From contig CM022678.1 in NCBI GenBank assembly GCA_012295275.1, forward strand, positions 14,322,001 to 14,386,000: 64,000 nt of DNA, read 5' to 3'. This document shows, piece after piece, positions 52,009 to 64,000 of this stretch; within the stretch, counting starts at the first letter, position 1, and every line of letters begins with the position of its first letter. The translations under genes and the position numbers were made by a program. The DNA comes from Chrysomallon squamiferum. Its lineage: Eukaryota; Animalia; Mollusca. The notes under the pieces are model-generated. The model had not been told where the DNA came from. It saw only the letters and a program-made list of their open reading frames with translations, and made no database searches.

Positions 52009-53747
52009 TAGCGATATAGAATCTGTTACCATTTAGCTACGATAATAGTGCTAATATAACAGATCTTGGACATGTTCCTTAGGGGGATAAAAAAAAAAAA
52101 AAAAAAAAACTTAAAAACTATATTTATTATTGTAATAATATGCATTTTAAAAAATAAAATCTGTGTTAAACCTATCTGTGTAAAGGAGAAAAAAAACCCC
52201 CAAAAAACTTTTAATTTAGAAAAATAGTATTTAGTCTTTACAAATGTAAAAATACTATAAAAAAATCATATATGCATTTCATGTATTTCTTTATCTGAAT
52301 TATTGTTACTGTTTTGTTATAAATGTAACATTCAGAGGAAAAAAAATTCATTATTAATTTCCTTTGTAGCACTGATATAAATGACTGGCATGTTTTACAA
52401 TTTTTCAGGGATCACCAACACGGTGACCACGGTCACCAGGTCGCCCCAGAGATCCACATGAGTCGCCCGCAGGACTCTTCCTAAAATATTTAAACAATTA
52501 CTGAGATCAATAGAATTAAAGGTTGAATATTGATATGGTTGTTACTCCTGAATTTAAACATTTATGTTTCGTAAATTACATCGTTTTCGATTATTTTTCA
52601 TCGTCTTTACGTTCGTCAGGTGTCTTTTTCAAATTCATGGTTAAAAAAGAAAAATTATGTCAGTTAAAAGAGAATAACAACAACATAAGAATCAAAACTC
52701 ATAATGTTAGTTTAGAATATAGTGCCTACACGCAATTTTCAGTTATTGTTGCTTATCTATTCTAATAATAATGTAGCATAATCTCATTTGAAGAAGACAC
52801 TATATCTGTATCTTACAAAAATATGTCAATAATATAAAATATAAACCTACACAAATGAGAATCTTGTTACTTGCAAATGCAGTTGAGATATAAAGTAAAA
52901 AAATAATTATAAGGAAACCGTGGCCGCTCAACAGCACTATCTCTAACAGTATCTAAGTAAACAAACTATTGATGGCGTCATATAAGAGCGGTAAAAATGA
53001 AATTAGCCGAAGTAATTTGCTTTAATCTTTGTTTTTTACCCAAATAAAAAAAAAAAAGTATTACTTAACAATATCAGTTTAACCTAAAATCTAATCTGTA
53101 GCGACAAATTATTTATGTATTAAATATTATTATCATTTATTTAACTATTAGTGAGTAATATTTTTTACTGATGTTTTTCCTTGTTTTATGTCACTTGTCT
53201 TAGAAATAATTATTATTTATGCCAAAATAACAGTAATAAACAAATGTGTTATCCATGTCCTATTTTTGTTAATAATTAATGAGTTATTGAATATAAATTT
53301 CAGTTATTGTGTTGATATGTTTATGAAAATATATTCTTATACTCAATTATTTCTGTAACCAAGTTATCAAATTCCGCTGATTATATACTCAAAACCATTT
53401 TCAAAATATATTTTGCAATGTTTTTATTTTTTACTTTCTAAAGAAACGTATGACGAGAAAAACAGTAATCTGCGATTTGCTAAAAATGTGCATTCTGAAC
53501 TGAAGCACATATAGCTGTTTTGAAAAAAGAAAAAAGAAGAAAAATAATAATATAATAACAATAATAATTAAAAAAATAATAATAATAAAAACGTTGGAAA
53601 TGAATGCAAAGAATTGTAGGGTATAATATTAATACCAATAGCGATATAGAATCTATTATCATTAAATACGATAAAATCAGTGCTAATACAACAGATCTTG
53701 GAGACACGTTCCCTAGGGGATAAATTAAAAAAAAATAAAAAAATAAG

Positions 53748-53779
<32 letters not shown>

Positions 53780-54209
53780 CCAAATAATAGAAATTATATT
53801 TAATATTGTAATAATATATATTTAAAAAATAAAATCTATGTCAAGGAGAAAAACCACAAAGTTTTGTAATTTAGAAAAATATTACTTAATCTTTACAAAC
53901 GCAAAAATATCGTATATATTCTCCAGTATTTCTTTATCTGAATTATTGTTACTGTTATGTCAGAGTATATTCATAAATGTAACATTCAGAGGAAAAAATT
54001 TCATTCGTTTCCTTTCCCTACACTTCGATTATCCGTTTAAGCTAAATTCAAACCTGTAGGCACGAATTATTTAGCTATTTAAATATTATCTTTTATTATT
54101 AGTGCAATAACGTTTATTTCTCATGTATTTCATAGAGTTTATACATCCCATAGAAATAATTCTTGTTATTTCAGCCAAAAGAAAACAAGAAACAAATGTG
54201 TTATCCAAT
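52009..54209 (+). repeat. Local diverged duplication: 52009-52363 plus 53096-53277 versus 53639-54209
   Basis: Shared blocks gcgatatagaatct, agtgctaata..acagatcttgg, gtatttctttatctgaattattgttactgtt, aaatgtaacattcagaggaaaaaa and aaacaaatgtgttatcca. Confidence 0.8.
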
Positions 54210-54890
54210 ATATATAAATATATATATATTTATTTTTTAATTTTAATTTTTTTTTTTTTATCAATTAGTAACCAATTCGGAATAGATTTGTTGAGTCGGA
54301 AACCTACAAACAAGTAAATAAATAAATAAACTATTAGCTGTTGGGATATATTTTGAGAATGTATTATAAATCTAAGGATTAACTGTAATTAAATTATATT
54401 ATGGGAATGAATAAAATAACATCTATTTTGTTTATGTTTGAAGGTAAAATAATAATCACATACAACTTTCTCTTAGAATCTCTGTATACTTCAAGGGGTG
54501 GTGATATTATTCCAATTCTCACAACTATTCTTTATTAATAAAAAGTTTAAAATAATGAGTTCATCTTAATACAAGGATGTTGCAGTAAGCCAGAAATAAT
54601 ATTAATATTATTATTAATGGCAAAATGAAAAAATAAAAACGAAAGAAAAAGTATATATATATACACATACTGAAGTTTATGAATGTTTGTGCAACTTACA
54701 TCACTGTTAAGATATAAAATGCACATAAAACATTGTTTATTTATTTCTGCATTATTTTGTCTTCTTTTTTCTTTCTTTTTTTCAATTTGCTTTTTTTTCC
54801 TTTAATATTATTATTGTTTCTTTTCTTTGTTTTAATAAAAATAAGATTTCCTATGCAACAACACAACATTAAAAATTGATTTGATTGTTT

Positions 54891-55153
54891 CTATGGAAAC
54901 TCTTCTTCTTCTTTCTTCTCTCTTTCCTGTGATGATATCCATCTGCTGACATGTACTTCCTTGAAAAAAAAAAGAAAAAAAAAGAAGAGATTTTTTATTG
55001 GCAATAATTATGAAATAATTATGGAAAAATATATAAAAGATTATAACAATACATCCAGCATAATAAGTTTTTCTTATTTGTAAGAAATATATGACATTTT
55101 TTATAAAAAAAAAACATTTTAAACATGTTTTTTAACTGCTTATTATTTATTAA

Positions 55154-55192
<39 letters not shown>

Positions 55193-58100
55193 ACAACATA
55201 CCTGGACAGAAAAAGAACGAATGCAGCTTGGTGATGATAGATTCTCTGAAGATATATCCTTTCCTTTTATTACATAACAAATAATCAGCTCCTGAAATAA
55301 TCAGATAGGTCTTTAGATTACAACTATTAAAAATTAAAATGTAAAACTTATTCACCAAATCTGACTATGAATCTGTGAACTGTAAAGGTGAGCAATATTT
55401 TCAGATTTATTTGATTAATTTTTCAAAACACACTGCTGTGTAAAGAAAATGAATTTCATGACTAGAAACAATTGCATGTCAGCCATCACTGATCCACTAA
55501 TCACAAATCTGGTTCCAGCAGTAATCCAGCACAAAGTTTGGTTAATCTTATTTCCTGGGTTGCTGCACAAAATTGCTACCAGTTTTTAAAGGCCTATCTT
55601 GCGGCATGAATACTACTGGCATCACAAAGGCATGCTATTCCAATTTATTTTATTTGGGTACGTATGAGCTGGTGAAGTGTTGAATTCTGTGTATTCAAAC
55701 CTAACCATTCAGTTATCACTAATCTGACATCCTGCATATATTCTCTGTAAATACTAAGTGTAATTTGGATATGAACTTCATATTGTAAACATTTATTTTG
55801 TTTTATCAGTAAATTGCCAATAGGATGGCTGGTTTATATAACTGAATAATATATTTGTAGATTTTGTTTAGTTAGATCATTTTTAACTGTTAAAATTAAA
55901 AATCTCTGTTATTATACCACATTTCATTATTTTAATTCTATTTTGTAATTAAAAATACTTATTCAGTTAAATACTTAAAGTTCTTGAAGTTATCCCCCAA
56001 ACTTAATATTGTATACAAATAGTCTCTTTAATGTACTTTTGGCATAGTAAATGTTTACCTTTGCAACATGTTGTTTATTAAATACTTACCTTGGCTACAT
56101 GTTCTGTAATTCTGTTAAGACAGGAGAGTGATATCCAAGAGAGATTTCGCATAGTGTATTCAGAGTTATCTTGCAGTGTTTCTTCATCAACTAGTCGGAC
56201 AATCACAGAATAGCTGCCATGATAAAATGGTGGACCCTCTCTGTACAAAACTGAAGTAAACATGGAGCTAACTGATCAGGATGGGAATAAACAGTAGCCT
56301 GGTCACAGACTGACATGATATACTGATCAAAATTATTCCAAATAATAATTATTTGTTATTTTTCGTTGTTACTCTTGTATTGATTTATATACTGAAGAAC
56401 TGAAGAAAAATTAATTATAAATATTTGTTAACTTTGTTTAATTGTGAGTTTTACTGACACAAATCAAATTATATAAATGATGAAAATATTGTCAAATCAA
56501 GATTTATGTTCTGAGAAAAAAATCTCAACATTTCTCATAATTCACTTTGTTTTTAATAAGGTGTCCTTTGTATACCAATTGTTTGTATTTTCTTCTATCA
56601 TTTAAATCTTAAAAAAAGAAAAAAAAAAAAAAAATATATCATAGAAAGAAATTATTTTGTAAGGTTGATCTAAAGTGAAGTATAAACAAACTATTTGTTT
56701 TTATGAACTTACTTAAATCACAACCAAATTTAAGACCAGACTTTGGTACCCATCCTTTGCTGCGGAAGTAATGATAGGCAATATAATTTGGAAGAAATGT
56801 TTTCTGCACCTTACAGAAATGGCACCAAAGATCTGAAAGATTCATCAGTTGCTGAAAATAAAAAATAAAAAACATTAATTAATATTTGTTAAAACTGTCA
56901 GGATAAGTTTTGGTAAATGCTGATGTTAAACAAAGAACTATCATTCCATGGGCTGTTCATGTGAGAATAATTGGATTGTTTAGATGACGACTCACAGCTA
57001 AAATCCACCTAATGAAGAAAACTATTTGAAATGAGAAATACAAAAAGGCATAGATCCAATATACTGCTGTAAATTTATTAATTAATGTCCTTTAACTAAA
57101 CAGAATCTTGTAGAAAAAAAATAAATAAAAACACATGAACCAAAAAAAAAAAAATAATAATAATTTAAAAAAATAAATAAAACATTATATAAGGGATTTA
57201 AAATTAAGTAATGATAAGCTAATATGTCATAAAGACATTTGAGTTGTTTGAAAGACACTACATTATAATGCACATACCTTATTTTCATTTTTAATTACTA
57301 AACATCCAAGTCCATAAGAAAGAAAAAATGCCTTCAAAATAAAAGTGATAAAGAGATTTTAGGAATGTTAATCATTGCCATTACAACAACAACAACAACA
57401 ATAACAAAATAATATTCAGTAAATATCACAGTTTGTTCATTATAATGGTAAATTATAAATTTAAAACCATTTCAAATGAAATGAAAATTATAAACAAAAT
57501 ACTGATTATAAGTAGTTTCATTTAAAATACTTTCTAACAACAATGTGACTTGATTCCAGTTTATCAAAATGAGCATAATGAATCAATCTAAAAATACAAA
57601 ATCTTCAGTACCATATTTCTATTTAAATATTTTACAGTTAACGATAGCATTATTAATTTTCACAGTAATAGTTGTGGAAACATTTTAAACATAAATCATT
57701 TATGGCTGACAATAATATCAAACTGAAAATTTATCAAGTAATTTATATACTTATTAAAAGGTTACCAACCTCTTCCAAGTTTAACTGAAGGTGTTCAGTA
57801 ACTGGAGCAACATCTTTTTTCACAACTGGTTTCCACATTAGTTTTCTGCTTTTACATGGGTCTACTTTCTCATCATCACTGTCATTAATAACAAGCACGT
57901 TCCCATTTACCTCATCAAAACACTTTGGATCAAGAAACGTAACATCTTCTGAATATTTACTTGGATAAAGTCTGTTTTGCGAAACACTGTTTAACAAAAT
58001 ATTTTGAGATTCCTTAAATAGAGCATTATTAGACTGTTGCCCATTTTCAATAACAGAACTGATGTCATGCACATGATTTTCATCACTTTCTGATTTTTCT

Positions 58101-61100
58101 GGTACAGTTTCATTCTTATCACAGTTACTTTTATCAAATTCATTCTCAGAGCTAACATTATGAAAAAGCTGGGGGTTTTCAAATGGCTGACTATCAGCAG
58201 TTTGATGGCTGCTGTAGTCTGAGGTAGTATTTTCTTTATGTTTTGGTTTCTGTTCTACAATACTGACTGAATTTGTTTTAATATTTTTGTCATAAGACAC
58301 AGAGGTATCTGCCTGACCAGTTATGACCTCTTCAAACTCTTTCTTTTCTTTCTGACACAGATCTGAGTTCTCTGACCAGAAATCGTGATCACCCTGAATT
58401 AAATCCCAGGATTTTTCTGCTTCACTTCTTAGATCCTTACTTTCACAGTCATTCCACATGTCTTCTTCCCATGATGCTGCATTCTGACTAGAGAAACACT
58501 GTTCTTCAGAAAGCAATTCTGTATCATCATTTTCATTAAGTGAATGCATGAAAGGGTTGCTGTCATCAAATTGTGGGTGATTCAGCATCTCAGAATTGTT
58601 TAGTCTATAGTCAGAAGGAACAGAGAGATTTTCGTTATCACAATCCTCATTGTCATCATCTGTAAGACCACTGTCTGAACTACAAGATTCTTTTACTCCC
58701 ATTTCTAACAGATTCCATTTCTCATGGTTTTTATATCTGTAAATGAATAACAATTATACCAAACAATTAAAAATGTTCATAAACCTCAAGCTGTTTATGT
58801 TTTCCATATAAAAATTTAAAAAAAACAACAACAGTAATCTAGAAAAAAAATAGTTTTCAACAAAGCAATCAGCAGGATAATGGTTTATAATAAAATATTA
58901 GTACAAATCATTAGTATTGTTTAATATGAGATAATAAATTAGTTAAATTATATGCAAAAGCATCAACGTATTTGGTCTATTTTGTTTTAAACAAGCACAT
59001 TAATATTAAGTGCAAGTCACAAGATATCAGAAAATAAACATTAACTCACAATAATAACTGCTATCATCAAAAAAGAATTAAAAAATATAATTATAAATGA
59101 CTTTATCATAGTATATAAAAGTTATATTTCAGTTTTGACATTTCTCATATTTTCATATTTAATATTAACATGTCTGTATTACTGGTTAAAATTTGTTAAC
59201 TGTAATACCTGAAACAGTTATAAAAATTCTTTATTCTATTCATATGTATTTTCATGGAATTATGTCAAAAGATAAAAATGCAAAATCAACATAATCATAT
59301 GAAAGTAAAGAATTTTGTTTAATTTTTTATTTAAATACTATAACCACTGCAAATGTTTAGACTGCAACTGAGTTTGTTATTTTCTAATGACAATTTTTAT
59401 GATATGAACTATATTCAAATTTTTTATATCATTTCTTCTTTTTTGTAACAATTCAGTTTGTTCATTATGTTAAGGCTAAACTGCCATTAAAACATTGCAT
59501 TTTTCATTTATTTATTCATTAAATTGCTTTGGTATAACTCTGAACTAAACAGATAATTTATTTCTTTAAAATAATACAATTTTTTTTATTATTATTTTTT
59601 TTTAATGAAGTACATTATGATCTGAATATTGACAGAGTACATTAGAAAGATAAATATTAATAATAAATGCAGTAGCCATAGTAATTGCCTTCCATGAGTT
59701 CAAAAGGCCATTCTGTAATTGTGTGTAACAGTTTGCCAAGATTTTGTAATGATTTCTTTTATTACTTAACTGAGAAAAAAGTATTAATTTAGGACAAACA
59801 TCAATACATTTCTTTGTGTTTGTCAGTGTCTATATGCACATGTATGACATAATGGTATAAGCAGCTTACTTAATTTTATAATCCTTTAAATGCACTATGA
59901 ACGATGATCTAGCAAGTGGAGAGCAGTAATTATTGCTATAAGAAGTTACACAATAATAATCTGTTCAAACAACTAGCCAAACAAAAGTATATATAGACTG
60001 ATATAATTAGTTATTATCTAGTAATTTAATAAAACTGTTATGCATATTTTTAAATATCAGTATTCAATTAATTTTAGGAAATATTGTAATATTAATACTT
60101 CAGGTTTGTACACATACGCCTATGGCCTGAATGCAGGAGATGCACCCCAAACAGGTCTGAATACAAATTAAAACATGTTGAAAATAAAAGAAATAAAATC
60201 TGTATGTATATTTTATTGCATTTATTTTTAAACAATCACTTTAATAGACAGATGTATGACAGCTATGTAGCAGTCATTGATTAGGTTAAAAACAATCCAA
60301 TATAATTTACATATGTAAACAATATTATTTACTTATCAGAAACTGACATAAGTTAATAAATATTTGTTCTATTTATAACCTTCAAAATTTCAGTTTTTAC
60401 TGATTTACATAAAAAATAATAATTAAACCCTCCAAACGATACCCTATGACTGTTAGTTCAAACAATTATCTGTAAACTGGGAAATTAAAACAGATAACAA
60501 ACACACACACACACACACAATCCTTTTAAATCTTAAATCTAAAAATATATTTTATTTACAGTAAGAGATAACATTATCAGTTTGCCTTTTATACCAATAA
60601 TGAAAATAATGTACTGAACTACAAACAATTCATTGTAACTGTTCTGAGAAATAGTAATGTCTTTATAACTTTAACATTAATGTCAACTGGCATTTACTAT
60701 TTTTGGTAAATGTAATTAAATCATTATCATTATTAATTAGTCAATGCACAAACAGAAAAAAACTCTTCAGTGAATACAGGATGATATTAATTTAACATGT
60801 TAACAGAACTGCTGTATTAATTCCTGTGTTAAATGTTTTTTTAATTATAACAGTCATCAACCCATGTTTAAACTTTGACAGCTAGGACCACAATAAGTAT
60901 GATAATTGCTATTACAATTAATACAATTCCAACAATACAAAATTTCTTTCTTCTCGCCTTAGAGCTGTATTCCCCTGCCCTTTTTAACTGAACATTAGCT
61001 GAAGTAACTTGGCCCCCTGCTTGACCAATGTTAGCCTCAATTGTATCAAGTGTCTCCCCTTGTTCTGCAACTAGTATGTTCATATCTCTAAAAAGTTCAT

Positions 61101-62460
61101 TAACTTTTACTACACTTTTTTCTAAAGCAAGAATTTCTTTTTCACGTTCTTCAATTTCACGTAATGATTTCTCAGCATCAGTGACATCTGAAATAAAATT
61201 CTGGGTAAATACAGAGTAAGAGTCATTGTCTAATATATTATTAATGTCACTTTCACTCATGTCACCATGGAAACCAGTAATAGCCAACTGCTTTTTAACC
61301 CGACATTTCATTTTTTCCATATAGTCTGCTTGTCCTTTATAAAAGTTATTTGTTGCTCTGGCCAAGTCTGTAGTGAGACGATTCACTTGTTGATCCTTCA
61401 CACGTGCCACAGCTGTTTCACTTCCTAATTTTTTGTTTTCAATGTTTTCATTCTCTAGTTTCCTCAGATCTGCCCTCACTTCTGTAAGTTTAGTTTGTAT
61501 GTTAGCGACAGTCCTGTCAAGCTGAAGTATCTGTTTCTTGTCACAGAATGGGTTACTGAGAATGTCACTCTGCAGTTTTATCATTGTCTCTGTCTCTCTT
61601 TCTATATTTTTCAAACATTTCTCTATCTGACCAACTCTGAGTAACACTTTCTGTACATCATCCTCCTTCTCAGAATTCTTTTTACTTTTCTTTTTTGTGA
61701 CCATTTCTGTATCCTTTTGTAACCTCTGCATCTCTGCTAGTCTGTCTCTTACTCCAGATGCACACATTATGTGTTTGTAACAGAAGCCAATGAATTCTGT
61801 ATTTGACAGTTCAACTCTTCACACTGAATCACGTTGTATACAAAGTGTCACACTCAGACTAAACATATAGTCTTAAGAACAGAAAGCTGTTTTTTCGTCA
61901 AGATTTATAAACAGAACCATCAACTGGCAACAAACACAGAGGACTGTCCCATTAAACAAAGGTAGAAATTTACTCATATGCCAGCAACAAAAATCAATAT
62001 GACAGCCTCACCTGTTCACAAGTAAAGTCTATTTCAGAAAACACTGACAGTAAACATTACATTTAACACTTAACTATACAATATTATTCAGTACTATGAA
62101 CTCAAAACGTCACTAAATATTATTAGTTATTACTATTAAGGAAACAAGAGTATCCTGCTTAACTCAGCTTGCATACTGTGACTGACCATTTAAAATGATT
62201 CATTGGATGAATCACTGTGTGCAAGCTGTATAGCATAACATTCAATTATGTATAAATCTATAAATAGCACAGAAATCACCCAAATCATGACACATAATTA
62301 TTGAGAGCTCAGACTGGTCTCATTCTTTAAAATAAAACCAAACTATTTTGTTTTCTATTAACATGTGAATACCATAGAAAAAACATTAAATTACATTCAT
62401 TCTACTATGGATGTTAAAATAATTATTTAATTGTCTAGATACCTTTATATATATTTATAC

Positions 62461-62510
<50 letters not shown>

Positions 62511-63782
62511 ATTGTTATTATGTTCATCGCTTTTTGGTTATTTATAAAGAAAATAAAGCACAGACACAAACAACAATATAATTAAAAAGATATTACTAAC
62601 AAATGTGTTCAGTGCATATCTCAAGTAATATTTACAGGATTACTTTAGATACAGTGTTTGTATGTGTGATTATATGTATTTATTTATGTATCTGTGTATG
62701 TTTATTGACAGAAAGGACGCATTAAATGAATTAATTTTAAAAACATATACATTCATTTAACTATATATGAAAATAAATGTTTTAAATTAAAATATTCAGG
62801 TTTTATTTACAGAAAGGTTTTATAATAATTTTTATTAAAATGTATATAATTTCCAAGTTTTATTAGCAGTACTTAATTTGAATAAGTGAAGCCTGTTTTT
62901 GTTTTCCTAGTTATCACAACAGAAACTTTAATTATCCAAGATGGCAATACTTTTTACACATTAACAAGACTAACACTTCTTTTTGTTAATATTAATTTTA
63001 TTGATAGCTCTGATATGACTACTTTTCTTTTACCCATGTTTCCTTTCTGTCCTTTCTCATGGAAAATATATATATATATATATATATACAGACACATACA
63101 TTTATATCTTAAATATGACTGACATGTCATCAGTCTGATCACAAAGTATAACATCGAACATATTTTTAAATAAAATACATTTGATTTAGAAATACTGAAA
63201 TAAAATAAAATTACATCTTCTACAAATTATCTTTTGTCAAAATTGCATATTATTTCTCAGGTAATAAATTAAAAAAATAATACTGAAAATGTGTTGGCAT
63301 TTGCTTTTAAAAATGTTTCTATTTTAAACAACATTGTAGTAAAAAAGAAATTAATTAGAATCATTTTTAATATCACCTCCTATTTCTACATGTTTAATTT
63401 TTAGTATCAGTCACAACACAGCTGTAAGCAGACAGTTAACTGATAAGAATATTGCATATGAGACATTTTGATCACTAACTCTTATCACATTATCAGTTAC
63501 ATATCATGTTAGATAATTATAACTAAAGCAAATTCTAATTAGAAATATCTTTCTTAATTAGTAGCAAAATAGAAACAAATTATCTAAATTATGCACTTGG
63601 AATGCATGGCATTCCTATTCTTATCACACTGTTTCACACAATTAAAATTCTTACACTCTGCAACTCATTATTCGTGGCTGGATCATGACACCGCTGTCTC
63701 CTGGAGACGGTATGTTAGCTGTTAGAGAACGCTGACTGAAGTCTGGTTGTGATCTTGATAAGTTGCCCTTGCCAAAGAAACC
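54891..63782 (-). CDS. TSEN2: tRNA-splicing endonuclease subunit Sen2, 5'-partial
   Basis: Exons 63782-63655, 58736-57770, 57331-57278, 56851-56713, 56250-56090, 55291-55202, 54959-54891 (1608 nt, in phase). Motifs: [93 protein letters not shown]. The Tyr-His-Lys catalytic triad is present. Confidence 0.95.
60868..61767 (-). CDS. Syntaxin-1-like Qa-SNARE, intronless ORF of 299 aa, nested in a TSEN2 intron
   Basis: N-peptide VRDRLAEMQ, helical Habc region, SNARE motif EIEEREKEILALEKSVVKVNELFRDMNILVAEQGETLDTIEANI, basic ARRKK and a C-terminal TM helix. There is an in-frame stop upstream of the ATG. Confidence 0.93.
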   Translation of the reverse strand: MCASGVRDRLAEMQRLQKDTEMVTKKKSKKNSEKEDDVQKVLLRVGQIEKCLKNIERETETMIKLQSDILSNPFCDKKQILQLDRTVANIQTKLTEVRADLRKLENENIENKKLGSETAVARVKDQQVNRLTTDLARATNNFYKGQADYMEKMKCRVKKQLAITGFHGDMSESDINNILDNDSYSVFTQNFISDVTDAEKSLREIEEREKEILALEKSVVKVNELFRDMNILVAEQGETLDTIEANIGQAGGQVTSANVQLKRAGEYSSKARRKKFCIVGIVLIVIAIIILIVVLAVKV

Positions 63783-64000
63783 CTACAAGTGAAAAGAAAA
63801 TATATTGATTATTTTTTTCAAAAAATACAATATAAAGAAATAATAAAATTAATATCAAATATTTTCAAATGAAATGTTTTAGATTACTTGTAATAATTTA
63901 CTATTTGAAAAGATAATTAGTGAAATAATTTATTGCATTAATATCTTTTATTACAATGAGATTGTTTTATTGCTTTATTTTCCTTTTCATACTAGGTAAC

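Noticed and set aside
61768-63655. In-frame TSEN2-syntaxin fusion protein
   Set aside because: Splicing the phase-2 TSEN2 donor to the candidate acceptor at ~61797 is out of frame with syntaxin and hits a stop.

Overview
AT-rich, intron-containing animal genomic DNA rich in microsatellites. The gene families suggest an invertebrate, most likely a mollusc or other lophotrochozoan (inference). I built the gene models by hand from GT-AG junctions, and each one's exons sum to a whole number of codons. Genes in order: (1) 3' part of an ADAMTS-like zinc metalloprotease with no TSP1 repeats and a Thr/Pro tail (+); (2) a RING-coiled-coil-NHL TRIM-like gene with no B-box (-); (3) a secreted Ly6/uPAR three-finger + mucin + C-type lectin mosaic protein (+); (4) a 13-exon ERGIC3 (+) with ROMO1 nested antisense in intron 9; (5) a candidate multi-exon lncRNA/micropeptide gene starting at a palindromic ETS/TCT element (-); (6) a Golgi sulfotransferase-fold protein with degenerate PAPS-binding motifs (+); (7) a 1133-aa secreted protein with ~54 HQREQQPPLI decapeptide repeats (+); (8) UQCRB (-); (9) 3' part of TSEN2 (-), with an intronless syntaxin nested on the same strand in one intron. 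Mobile DNA includes a Tigger/pogo remnant, a MITE, a LINE relic interrupted by a FLYWCH/MULE-like element, and a hAT end; there are also two local duplications. The best leads are the His-periodic secreted repeat protein, the two nested genes, the three-finger/lectin mosaic, the probable pseudo-sulfotransferase and the palindrome-initiated transcript.
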